A stretch of DNA of 64,000 nt from the human T2T-CHM13v2.0 reference genome, Homo sapiens. The stretch is from contig CP086569.2 of the NCBI GenBank assembly GCA_009914755.4, positions 4,160,001-4,224,000 of the forward strand, read 5' to 3'. This document shows, in pieces, positions 29,040 to 40,195 of this stretch. Position 1 is the first letter of the stretch. Each line of letters opens with the position of its first letter. The notes beneath the pieces were generated by a model. It saw nothing but the letters and a program-made list of their open reading frames with translations. It had not been told where the DNA came from and ran no database searches. Made by a program: the position numbers and the translations under genes.

Positions 29040-29778
29040 AAGTAGTTTGTCTTGGCTAACAAGAAAATTCAAGCTGGGAACTGCTCAGGGCCAACCTGTC
29101 TCCCATTCTATTCAAAGTCATCCCTCTTCTCACTGAGATAAATGCATATCCGATTGCCTCCTCTGGAAAGGCTAATCAGAAACTCAAAAGAGTGCAACCA
29201 TTTTTTCTCACCTACCTGTGACCTGGAAACCCCTTCCCCACTTTGAGTTGTCTCACCTTTCTGGACTGAACCAATGTTCATTTTATGTGTATTGATGTAT
29301 TAAGTCTCCATAAAATGTATAAAACCAAGCTGTGCTCTGACCACCTGGGGCACATGTCGTCAGTACCTCTTGAGGCTATGTCATGGACACACATCCTCAA
29401 CTTTGGCAAAATAAACATTCGTTTTCTTTTTTTTTTTTTTTTTTTGAGATGGAGTCTCGCTCTGTCACCCAGGCTGGAGTACAGTGGCATGATCTCAGCT
29501 TACTGCAACCTCCACCTCGGAGGCTTCAAGTGATTTTGCTGCCTCAGCCTCCCCAGTAGCTGGGACTGCAGGTATGTGCAACCATGCCCAGCTAATTTTT
29601 TGTATTTTTAGTAGAGACGGGGTTTCACCATGTTAGCCAGGATGGTCTCGATCTCCCCACCCTGGCCTCCCAAAGTGCTGGGATTACAGGCATTGAGCCA
29701 CTGTGCCCAGCTCAATGGCAAAATAAACTTTCTAAGTTAACTCAAACCTGCCTCAAATTTTGGGGGTTCACAGGTCAT
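29040..29778 (+). mobile_element. LTR-like repeat, copy C (same family), interrupted by the Alu at 29425-29712
   Basis: ...CTGTCTCCCATTCTATTCAAAGTCATCCCTCTTCTCACTGAGATAAATGCATATCCGATTGCCTCCTCTGGAAAGGCTAATCAG...GGCAAAATAAAC [Alu] ...AATGGCAAAATAAACTTTCTAAGTTAACTCAAACCTGCCTCAAATTTTGGGGGTTCACA. Confidence 0.5.
29425..29712 (-). mobile_element. Alu (antisense) with target-site duplication GGCAAAATAAAC
   Basis: (T)n then GAGATGGAGTCTCGCTCTGTCACCCAGGCTGGAGTACAGTGGCATGATCTCAGC...GCTGGGATTACAGGCATTGAGCCACTGTGCCCAGCTC. GGCAAAATAAAC is duplicated on both flanks. Confidence 0.9.
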
Positions 29779-31214
29779 TTTACAGGAACCCATATTTCTT
29801 GGAGGTTTTAGTCATTTTTCTTAATTTTTGTTAGACTGAGTTGATTCAAAGAGCTGACCATCAAACTCGGAGATTCTTTTCTCAGCTTGTTCTATTCTTT
29901 TAGTAATACTTTTGATTTATTATGAATTGTTTTTTAGTAAATATTTTTAGCTCCAGAAGTTCAGTTTGGTTTTGTCTTAAAATGGTTGTTTTATCTTTCA
30001 TCTCTTGAGTCATTTTACTGGATTTTTTAGATTCATTAGATTGGGTTTTTCACTCATGTCTGTGTGAAGAGACCACCAAACAGGCTTTGTGTGAGCAACA
30101 AGGCTGCTTATTTCACCTGGGTGCAGGCGGGCTGAGTCCGAAAAGAGAGTCAGGGAAGGGAGATAGGGGTGGGGCCGTTTTATAAGATTTGGGTAGGTAA
30201 AGGAAAATTACAGTCAAAGGGGGGTTGTTCTCTGGCGGGCAGGGGTGGGGGTCAACAAGGTGCTCAGTGGGGGAGCTTTTGAGCCAGGATGAGCCAGGAG
30301 AAGGAATTTCACAAGGTAATGTCATCAGTTAAGGCACGGACTGGCCATTTTCACTTCTTTTGTGGTGGAATGTCATCAGTTAAGGCAGGAACAGGCCATT
30401 TAAATTTCACTTCTTTTGTGATTCTTCAGTTACTTCAGGCCATCCGGATGTATACGTGCAGGTCACAGGGGATATGATGACTTAGCTTGGGCTCAGAGGC
30501 CCGACAGGGTTTCTATTTACTTCTGAATCCCTATGTGTTTTTTTGACATCTGGACTCTAAATTCCATTTCTGACATCTCAGTCATTTCTGATTGGTTAAG
30601 AACCACTGCTGGGAAAATCGTGGACTGATTTGTGGGTAATAAGACACCTTGGACTTCTAATTTCCAGAGTTCTTACACTGATTCTTTCTCATCTGGGATG
30701 GTTGGTATTTTTTTAACTGTAGTGTGAGTTGAGTATAGTCAGTTGGCTTCATTTCTGGATGCATTCAGAGGGCTAGGGATCTGTACAGAAACTTTATATG
30801 TGGGTAAGTTCTTGCACTTGGTTTTACAGGTCTATATATTAGCAGGATAAATTTTGGGTGTTGTAGTTTGGGCTGCAATCCAGAATATGGTGCTCAAGAG
30901 TAATGACTGGTAGTTAGGTTAATACCCAGCCATGCAGCTCTTTTGTACTTCCTTGCATTTGCAGTTATGCTCTCTGATGGGGAGAAGAGAGAGATTACCC
31001 CATCACAAGTTTCACACCTGGACCTTGATGGGGGCCTCTCAGATCATTGGCACTGTAGCCACGTTTCTTCTGTTAGGTTCAGGGGCTGCAGCAGAAAGAT
31101 ATGCTACACTCTCTGGACTGGTTCTTTGAAGGGATGCATGCCCTATTCCCACCCTAGATCAGGAGCCTGCACATCTTTTCCAACTCATTGCTCTGAGGGT
31201 GAGTGATCTCAGTG
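29779..31214 (-). mobile_element. L1 ORF1/5'UTR-region sequence, antisense, split by the LTR7 at 30045-30506
   Basis: Homologous along its whole length to 19200-19960, which itself aligns to the ORF1/5'UTR of the full-length L1 in this window. Examples are GGTTAAGAACCACTGCTGGGA and GTCAGTTGGCTTCATTTCTGGATGCATTCAGAGGGCTAGGG. Confidence 0.55.
30045..30506 (-). mobile_element. Solo LTR7 (HERV-H LTR)
   Basis: The reverse complement matches the LTR7 consensus over its whole length: TGTCAGGCCTCTGAGCCCAAGC...CTTAACTGATGACATT...GTGAAATAAACAGCCTTGTTGCTCACACAAAGCCTGTTTGGTGGTCTCTTCACAC. The flanking 5-bp GGGTT could be a target-site duplication. There is no HERV-H internal sequence or primer-binding site on either side. 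Confidence 0.85.
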
Positions 31215-31557
<343 letters not shown>

Positions 31558-32609
31558 TCACGCTAAAATCTCTTATAATAACTATTATGTAGTCTTCTAA
31601 TTCGTTTCTTTGCTTCAATCACTGTCTCCTCCTAGTCTTTCTCCAATGTAGCAGTCAGAATAATTATTAAGCAATATTAATCTCTATTTAAATGTCTAAT
31701 TATCAATCTTTCCAAGATACAATATATGAAAAGATTTTCTGTCATTTCTCAATTCTCTTAATCCTCTTTACAATTTTTTTCAAATCACATATGAAACCTG
31801 ACATATATTTTCTTATATTTTTGTCTATCTTGCTAAAACGTAAGCTCTGTGAGAGCAGGAACTTTGTTAGTTCAGTTCACTGCTATACTTCTGAATCTAT
31901 CATAATTTCTGAGGCATAATACATTTATTACCTCAACATCTTATTATGAAAATTTCCAAAGATACAGTAAAGTTGAATAAATTTAACAATGAGCACTCAT
32001 ATATATTACTACCACTAATATTTTACTTTTAAAGTTGATTTGGGAGGTTAATTTTGTGGTCTAAAAAACGTATTCTTACATGTTGTAAGCAAAAAGGGCA
32101 AGTACTATTATGTCCAAGTTACAAATAATGAAACTAAGTTTCAAATAAGGAAATCAGCCACTTTCTAGTTTAGTACTTTACAGAGCTCCATATATTTATA
32201 GCATGTATCGTGACCTTGGTGACACACAGTAGTCACCTGGAAAGCTTTATAAACATTGGTGACTGGGTTTTACTCCCAGAGATCTTGACATAATGAATCT
32301 GGGCTTGAAAAGTTTGGAAACCTCCCTAAGTAATTCCAATGTGCATTTAAGGTTGAGAACCCCTGTGTTAGTATTTTTTTAGTGGTTAGTAAATTAATGC
32401 TGAATAAACCATTTTTTCTATGACAGCTTGAGTTCTAATTGCGATGCCATACAATTCACCCATTTGAATTGTACAGTCAAGGATTATTAGTATATTTTCA
32501 GAAACGTGCAGTCAGCACTATAATTTTCAGTCACTTCACATCTTATTTCCATTCAATCTCCTACCCACCAGCCCCTGGTAACCACTAGTCAGATTTCCTC
32601 CTCTATAGG

Positions 32610-32645
32610 TTTTTTTTTTGTTGTTGTTGTTGTTGTTTTTGCTAG
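32610..32645. repeat. (T)n followed by a (TTG)n simple repeat
   Basis: gtttttttttttgttgttgttgttgttgtttttgc. Confidence 0.85.
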
Positions 32646-33626
32646 ACATCTCATATAAATAAATCATATAATATGTGGTCTGTTGTAACTGGCTTCTTTC
32701 ACTTGGTATGTTTTCAAAGTTCAGCCGTGGTTTGGCATGTATCAGTAGATTGTTCCTTTTTATGGCTAAATGATATTTTATTCTATGAATATGCCACATT
32801 TTGCTTATTCATTCATCAGTTGATGGACATTTAAGAAGTTTTCACTTTTTGGCTGTTATGTATAATGCTGCTAAAAACATTTATATATAAATTTTCATGT
32901 AAACATATGCTTTCAATTTTTTTTAATGTATACCTAGGAGTAGAATTGATGGACCGTATGGTAACCCTATGATTAACCTTTTAAGGAAGTTTTTTTCTAA
33001 AGCAGCTGTGCCATTTTACATTCTCCTTAGAATGCTATAAAGGTTCCCATTTTGCCCCATCCTCACTTATGCTTATAATTATATGTATTTTTTTATTATA
33101 ACCATCCTGGGTGGGTGTGAAGTGGCAGCTCAATGTTAGTTGTTCAACACATATTTGTTGGATGAATGTATCTAGAAAGATTAGAAGTACTGGACTGTTT
33201 CCTTAAAAGATTATTTGCCTTTGATTAAATACCAGAACAGGTAGCTCTTGACTTTCTGATCCTCTCTGGTTTTTCTGACCCATGATGACTTCCATATTTT
33301 TCTTGCCTTTCTCATATTTGAGTTCCAGTGAGGCAACTTCTTTCCATACCATTTGGAAAGCTGATGCAAGAGTCACTTATATGGATTCCTCAAGCTCTCA
33401 CTTCTGCTACTTATGAAAACCTAAACCTAAGCTTCTTGCATTCACTTTTTACTACCTCAGGTTGTATCAGGGAACAGAGAGACTCAATGTGCCTGTAGAA
33501 AGGAGGTGAGAATCATGTCTTTATTTGAGCAAACAATAATGAGACCTGGATGCCATGCTGGCTATTGCAATCCAATCTTTAACCATATAAGTACATATGG
33601 ACGAAACACTTATCTTATAAAGGACA

Positions 33627-34014
<388 letters not shown>

Positions 34015-34149
34015 CTAAACACATATCAGACTTTGATGTTTTCTACTTTTGTTTAAACTTTTATTTTCAATGCAGGTTTGTTATACAAATAAATTGTGTA
34101 CCACAGGGATTTCATGTACATAGCACTTCATTTCCCAGGTAATAGGCAC

Positions 34150-34514
34150 AGTAGCTGCATTAGTCCATTTTCACACTGCTATAAATGACTTCCTTGAGAC
34201 TGGGCAGTTTATTAAGAAAAGAGGTTTAATTGACTCACAGTTCTGTATGGCTGAGAAAGCTTCCAAAAATTTACAATCACAGCAGAATGTGAAGGGCAAA
34301 CAAACACCTTCTTCACAAGGCAGCAGGAGACAGAGCAAAGGGGGAAGAGCCCTTTATAAAACCATCAGATCTCTTGAGAACTCACTATCATGAGAACAGT
34401 ATGATGAAAACTGCCCCCATAATCTAATCACCTCCCACCAGCTCTCTCCCTCAATACCTGGGGATTGGAATTCCAGTTGAGATTTGGGTGGGGACACAAA
34501 GCCAAACCATATTC
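34150..34514 (-). mobile_element. ERVL-MaLR LTR (THE1/MST-type), antisense; 3' LTR of an inverted MaLR element
   Basis: The reverse complement reads TGATATGGTTTGGCTTTGTGTCCCCACCCAAATCTCAACTGGAATTCCAATCCCCAGGTATTGAGGGAGAG...TTATAAAGGGCTCTTCCCCC...GCAGTGTGAAAATGGACTAATGC. These are the MaLR LTR start and end motifs. Confidence 0.7.
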
Positions 34515-34845
34515 CACCCCTGGTCCTTCCTAAATCTCATGCTCCTTTCACATTTCAAAATCAATCATGTCTTCCTATCAGTCTCCCCAAAGTCTTAACT
34601 CATTCCAGCATTATCCCAAAAGTCCAAAGCCAAAGTCTCATCTGAGACAAGGAAAGTCCCTTCCGCCTATAAACTGTAAAATCAAAAGCAAGTTTGTTAC
34701 TTCCAAGATACAATGTGGTTACAGGCATTGGATAAATATTCCCATTTTAATTGAAAGAAATTGGCCAAAACAAAGGGGCTAAAGGCCCCATGCAATTCCA
34801 ATCCAAAATCCAGTGGGGCAGTCATTGAATCCTTTTCTTCCTTCA
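34515..34845 (-). mobile_element. MaLR internal region, 3' end, antisense
   Basis: Direct internal match to the reverse complement of 47770-47896, the internal 3' end just before the 3' LTR of the other MaLR element: ...CACATTTCAAAATCAATCATGTCTTCC...CCCCAAAGTCTTAACTCATTCCAGCATTA. Confidence 0.65.
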
Positions 34846-36288
34846 ACTTTTATTTTATGTTCCAGGATACATGTGCAAGATGTGCAGGTTTGTTACATAG
34901 GTAAACAAGTGCCATGGTAGTTTGCTTCACAGATCCACCTATCACCTTAGTAATAAGCCCAGCATGCATTATCTATTCTTCCTGATGATCTTCCTTCCCC
35001 TACCCTCACTCCCAATAGGCCCCAGTGTGTGTTGTTCCCCCCAATATATCCATGTGTTCTTATCATTCAGCTCCCACTTGTAAGTGAGAATATGCAGTGT
35101 TTGTTTTTTTGTTCCTGCATTAGTTTGCAGTCAATCCATGTCCCTGCAAAGGACATAATCATGTTTCTTATTATGGCCGTATAGTATTCCATGGTGTATA
35201 TGTACCACATTTTTTAAATCCAGTCTATCATTGATGGGCATTAAGGTTGATTCCATGTCTTTGCTATTGTGAATAGTGCTGCAATTGACATACACGTGCA
35301 TGTATCTTTATAATAGAATGATTTATATTCCTTTGGGTATATGCCCAGTAATGGGATTCCTGGGTCAAATGGTACTTCTGCCTTTAGGTTTTTGAGGAAT
35401 TGCCATACTGTCTTCTACAATGGTTGAACTAATTTACACTCTCACCAACGGTGTAAAAATGTTCTTTTTATTCTGCAACTTTGCCAGCATCTGTAGTTTC
35501 TTGACATTTTAATCATTGCCATTCTGACTGGTATGAAATGGTATCTCCTGTGGTTTTGATTTGCATTTCTCTAATGATCAGTAATGTTGAGCTTTTTTTC
35601 ATGTATTTATTGGCCACACAAATGTCTTTTTTTGAGAAGTGTCTGTTCATGTCTGCTCATGTCCTTTGCCCCCTTTTTAATAGGGTTACTTGTTTTTTCT
35701 TCTAAATTTGTTTCAGTTTCTTCTAGACGCTGACTATTAAACCTTTGTCAGATGGATCTATTGAAACAGAATTCTCTCATTCTGTAGGTTGTTTGTTCAC
35801 TCTGATGATAATTTCTTTTTTTGGACAGAACCTCTTTAGTTTAACTATATCCTGTTTGTCAATTTTTGCTTTTGTCACAATTGCTTTTGGCATTTACATA
35901 ACGAAATCTTTGCCACTGCCTATATCCTGAATAGTATTGCCTAGATTTTCTTCTAGACTTTTACAGTTTTGGGTTTTACATTTAAGTCTATAATCCATCT
36001 TTCACTGCTTTTTGTATATGCAGTAAGGAAGGGGTGCAGTTTCAGTTTTCTGCATAGGACTAGTCAGTTTTTCCAGAACCATTTATTAAATAGGGAATCC
36101 TTTCCCAATCCCTTGTTTTCGTTAGGCTTATCAAAGATCAGATGATCGTAGGTATATGATCTTATTTCTGAGTTCTGTATTCTGTTCCATTTCCATGTGT
36201 CTCTTTTTGTACCAGTACCATGACGCTCTGGTTACTGTAACCTTGTAGTATTGTTTGAAGTTGTATAGCATGATGCCTCCAGATTTAT
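34846..36288 (-). mobile_element. L1 3'UTR plus ORF2 3' region, antisense (the normally oriented part of a twin-primed L1)
   Basis: Reverse complement of the L1PA-type 3' end ...GGTACATGTGCAAGATGTGCAGGTTTGTTACATAGGTAAACAAGTGCCATGGTAGTTTGC... and antisense ORF2 ...TTTTTATGGCCGTATAGTATTCCATGGTGTATATGTACCACATTTTTTAAATCCAGTCTATCATTGATGGGCAT.... Confidence 0.8.
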
Positions 36289-37165
36289 ACACAAATCAAT
36301 AAATGTGAATTCATTACATAAACAGAACTAAAGGCAAAAACCACATGATTATCTCAATAGATGCAGAAAAAGCCTTTGATAAAATTTAACATCCCTTTAT
36401 GTTAAAATCTCTCAATAAACTAGGTATTGAAGGAACATATCTCCAAATAAAAAAAGCAATATATGACAAGCCCACAGCCAGTATCATACTGAATGGAAAA
36501 CTCTGGAAGCATGACCCTGGAAAACTGGCCCAGGACAAGGATGCCCTCTCTCACCACTCCTATTCAACATAGTATTGGAAGTTCTGGCCAGGGCAACCAG
36601 GCAAGAGAAAGAAATAAAGGGTATTCAAATAGGGATAGAGGAAGTCAAATTATTTTTGTTTGTAAATAACATGATCCTATATCTAGAAAACCCCATCATC
36701 TCAGGCTAAAATCTTCTTAAGCTGATAAGCAACTTCAGCAAAGTCTCAGGATTCAAAATCTATGCAAAAATTGCTAACATTTCTATACTCCAACAACAGG
36801 CAAGTGGAGAGACAAATCATAAATTAACTCTCAGTCACAATTGCTACAAAGAGAATAAAATGTCTAAGAACACAGCTAACAAGGGAAGTGTAGGACCTTT
36901 TCAAGGAGAACTGCAAACCACTGCTCAAGGAATTCAGAGAGAGCACAAATAAATGGGAAAAACATTCCATGCTATGGATAGAAAGAATCAATATCATGAA
37001 AACGGCCATACTGCCCAAAGTAATTTATAGATTTAAGGCTATTTCCATTAAGCTATGATTAACATTCTCCACAGAATTTGAAGAAATTATTTTAAAAGTC
37101 ATATGGAACCAAAAAAAATCCCTAATAGCCATGGCATTCATTAAATATTAAAGCCCCAAAATAAT
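36289..37165 (+). mobile_element. L1 ORF2 (RT domain) segment in sense orientation; the inverted 5' portion of the same L1 insertion
   Basis: ATCAATAAATGTGAATTCATTACATAAACAGAACTAAAGGCAAAAACCACATGATTATCTCAATAGATGCAGAAAAAGCCTTTGATAAAATT...GATGCCCTCTCTCACCACTCCTATTCAACATAGTATTGGAAGTTCTGGCCAGGGCAACCAGGCAAGAGAAAGAAATAAAGGGTATTCAAATAGG.... Confidence 0.8.
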
Positions 37166-37169
37166 ATCA

Positions 37170-37540
37170 TTTGACTCCTTGTCTCACGTCAAGCACATGC
37201 TGATGCGAAGACTGGGTTCCCAAGACCTGGGCAGCTCCACCCCTGTGGCTTTGCAGGGTTCAGCCCCTGTGGCTGTTCTCATGAGCTGACATTGAGTGCC
37301 TGCGGCTTTTCCAGGTGCATGGTGCAAGCTGTTGGTAGATCTACCATTCTGGATTCTGAAGGATAGTTCCCCTCTTCTCACAACTCCACTAGGTAGTGCC
37401 CCAGATGGGACTCTGTGTGGGACCTCTGACCTCACATTTCCTTTCTGCACTGCCCTAACAGATGTGCTCCATGAGGCCTCCACCCCTGGATCAGACCTCT
37501 GCCTAGACATCCAGGCGTTTTCATACATCCTCTGAAATTT
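37170..37540 (-). mobile_element. MaLR internal region, antisense; continues 34515-34845 across the L1 insertion
   Basis: The reverse complement is homologous to 46170-46600 of the sense MaLR internal region: ...GGTTCAGCCCCTGTGGCTGTTCTCATGAGCTGACATTGAGTGCCTGCGGCTTTTCCAGGTGCATGGTGCAAGCTG.... Confidence 0.6.
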
Positions 37541-37660
37541 AGGTGGAAAATGGGACTTTTGAGTTGATGCTGGAATTAGTTAAGACATTTTGGGATTATT
37601 GGACATATATTGCATTTAGCTATGTGAGAAGAACATAAGATTTGGGGGGCTAGGAGTAGA
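37541..37660 (+). mobile_element. MaLR internal 3'-end segment, sense
   Basis: GGTGGAAAATGGGACTTTTGAGTTGATGCTGGAATTAGTTAAGAC matches 47790-47830 (ACTTTTGAGTTAATGCTGGAATGAGTTAAGA). Confidence 0.5.
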
Positions 37661-38055
37661 GGAATATAGTTTGGATATTTTCCCCTCCAAATCTCATATC
37701 AAAATATGATCTCCAAGTTTGGAGTTGGGCTCTCATGGTAGGTGTTTGGGTCATAAGAGGATTCTTCATGAATGGCTTGATGCCCTCTCTACAGTAAGTG
37801 AGTTCATATTAGATGCGGTTGTTAAAGAGACTGGGATCACCGTATTCTTTCTCCCTTTAATGCCATGTGGCATGCCTGCTCCCCTTTTACCTTCCACCAT
37901 GAGTGTAAGCATCCTAAGGCTCTCACCAGAAGCAAATGTGATCACTATGCTTCTTCTATAGCCTGTAGAACTGTGAGCCAAATAAACTTCTTTTCTTTAT
38001 AAATTACCTAGCCTCAGGTATTTCTTTAGAGCAATGCACAATGGACTAACACAGA
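37661..38055 (+). mobile_element. ERVL-MaLR LTR (MST/MLT1-like), sense
   Basis: GGAATATAGTTTGGATATTTTCCCCTCCAAATCTCATATCAAAATATGATCTCC...CACCATGAGTGTAAGCATCC...CCAAATAAACTTCTTTTCTTTATAAATTACCTAGCCTCAGGTATTTCTTTAGAGCAATGCACAATGGACTAACACAG. Confidence 0.65.
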
Positions 38056-38369
38056 AGGGAATGCTGCATCTGGTTTCTCTTGGACATGGCCTTATGCCCC
38101 TTTCCTCTTTACTTATTCTGATCTGTATCCTTTTTCTGTAACAAACAATAACAATAAGAATAACAGCTTCTAATGCAGTGATTCAGAATGTAAAAGTGGA
38201 CTTGGGAACGCCCAACACAAATATTTGAAAATTATAAATATTTGTGGTTAAAACAGATTGACTGAACCAGGTTTTTCACTGTGGTAGAAGAAAAATACAA
38301 ATATAAAATGTGTTAAATCAAGAATGAACCCTGGGGAATGGACTGGTATTAGAGGTATTAGTATAAAAT

Positions 38370-38440
38370 ATTTCTATCTGTGTATCTGTGTGTCTGTCTA
38401 TTTATCTATCTATGTATCTATCTATCCATCTGAACATATT
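38370..38440. repeat. (TATC)n / (TCTG)n-like compound microsatellite
   Basis: tctatctgtgtatctgtgtgtctgtctatttatctatctatgtatctatctatccatctg. Confidence 0.85.
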
Positions 38441-38935
38441 CATGAAAGTGTATGTGTACATGTACATATGTGTATTAACAGGCATATATTTTCTATCCCT
38501 AGCACTGAGACAACCTAGAAGCAAAGTCATTCCAACAGCAATGGGCACAACTAACACCTAAATTTTGATTTCTAGTACTATTCTATAAGGAACGAGGGTT
38601 CCCTGACAGAAGCATCTGATTTCTGGCCTGCTGCAGTATGGGTCCAAAATAAACTTAGAACATCTTGATAGGTTGGGAATGTGGTACAATGAGAGAGGTT
38701 CTACCTTGAAAAATGTGTCACTGTCAAATCTGGGCAATTTAATACCAAAGTAAGTATAGTAATAAATTATAAACCAGTGGATAAATTATAAAAACCTACG
38801 AGTTCATCCTATTAATAAATAGATACATAAATAGAATATCAAGGAATAACCTATAAATAGAATTAGAAAATTATAATTTTGTAACTATTACAAAAGAGGG
38901 TTCATGCAAAATAGGCACTAATTCTCAGAGAATAT

Positions 38936-39765
38936 TTTGGGTTTTTAAAAATTTTTTTACTTCAATAGCTTCTGGGGTACAAATGCTTTTGGCTACAAAG
39001 ATAGATTATATTGTGGTAAATTCTGAGGTTTTAATGCAACTCTCACCTAAATAGTGTTTATTATACCCAATATGTAGTCTTTTATCCCTCAAATCTCTTC
39101 CTCTCTCCCACGTCTGTGTCTCCAAAGCTCATTATATCACTGTGTATGCCTTTGCATTCTCATAGCTTAGCTCACACTTATAAGGGAGAACATATAGTAC
39201 TTGGCCTACCAAATTTCACTCAGAATAGTGGCCTCCAGCTCCATCAAAGCTGCTGCAAAAGACAATATTTTTCTTTTTATGGCTGAGTAGTATTCCATAG
39301 TGTAAATATACCCCATTTTTTAAAATCCACTAATTGGTTGATGAACACTTAGATTGGTTTTATATCTTTGCAATTGTAAATTGTGCTGCAATAAACATTC
39401 TTGTGCATGTGGCTTTTTCATATGATGACTTATTTTCCTTTGGGTAGATACCAAGTAGTAAGAATCCTGGATTGAATGGTAGATCTACTTTTAGTTCTTT
39501 AAAGAATCTTTACACTGTTTTCGATAGTTTGTACTAATGTACATTCCCACCAGCAGTTTAGAAGAATACCCCTTTCACCACATCCATGCCAACATCTTTT
39601 TTTCTTTCAACTTTTTAATAATGATCATTCTTACAGGAATATGGTGGTATTTTATTGTGGTTTTAATTTGCATTTCCCTGATAATTAATGATGCTGAGCA
39701 TTTTTTATATGTTTGTTTTCCACTTGGTTATCTTTTGAGAAATGTTTATTCATGTTGTGAAAGGA
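38936..39765 (-). mobile_element. L1 3' end (ORF2 C-terminal region plus 3'UTR), antisense
   Basis: ...TTTTTATGGCTGAGTAGTATTCCATAGTGTAAATATACCCCATTTTTTAAAATCCACTAATTGGTTGATGAACACTTAGATTGG...ATGGTGGTATTTTATTGTGGTTTTAATTTGCATTTCCCTGATAATTAATGATGCTGAGCATTTTTTATATGTTTGTTTTCCACTTGGTTATCTTTTGAGAAATGTTTATTCATGT. Confidence 0.75.
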
Positions 39766-40195
39766 AAATAAATCTTGGGACCCCAAATTACTACAGTAAA
39801 GGGAAAAGTCAAGCTGGAAGCTGCTTAAAGAAAACCTGACTCCCATTCTATTCAAAGTCATCCCTCTGCTCACTGAGATAAATGCATTATCTGATTGCCT
39901 TCTTTGGAAAGGCTAAACAAAAACTCAAAAAAAAAAAAAATGCAACCACTTGTTTCTCACCTACTAATGACCTGGAAATCTCCTTCATGCTTTGAGTTGT
40001 CTCTCCTGAACCAACATACAACTTACACATATTGATTGATGTCTCATCAAAAATGTATAAAACCCATCCGTGCCCTCATCACCTTCGGCAATTCTCCTCA
40101 CAACCTCCTGAGGCTGCATCATGGGCATGCATCCTTAATTTTGGCAAAATAAACTTTGTAAGTTGACTGAGACCTGTCTCACATATTTTCAGTTT
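39766..40195 (+). mobile_element. LTR-like repeat, copy D (most complete reference copy)
   Basis: TGTGAAAGGAAAATAAATCTTGGGACCCCAAATTACTACAGTAAAGGGAAAAGTCAAGCTGGAAGCTGC...CCCATTCTATTCAAAGTCATCCCTCTGCTCACTGAGATAAATGCAT...AAAATGTATAAAACCCATCCGTGCCC...TTTGGCAAAATAAACTTTGTAAGTTGACTGAGACCTGTCTCACATATTTTCAG. The TG...CA termini and an AATAAA near the 3' end point to an ERV solo LTR. Confidence 0.55.
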
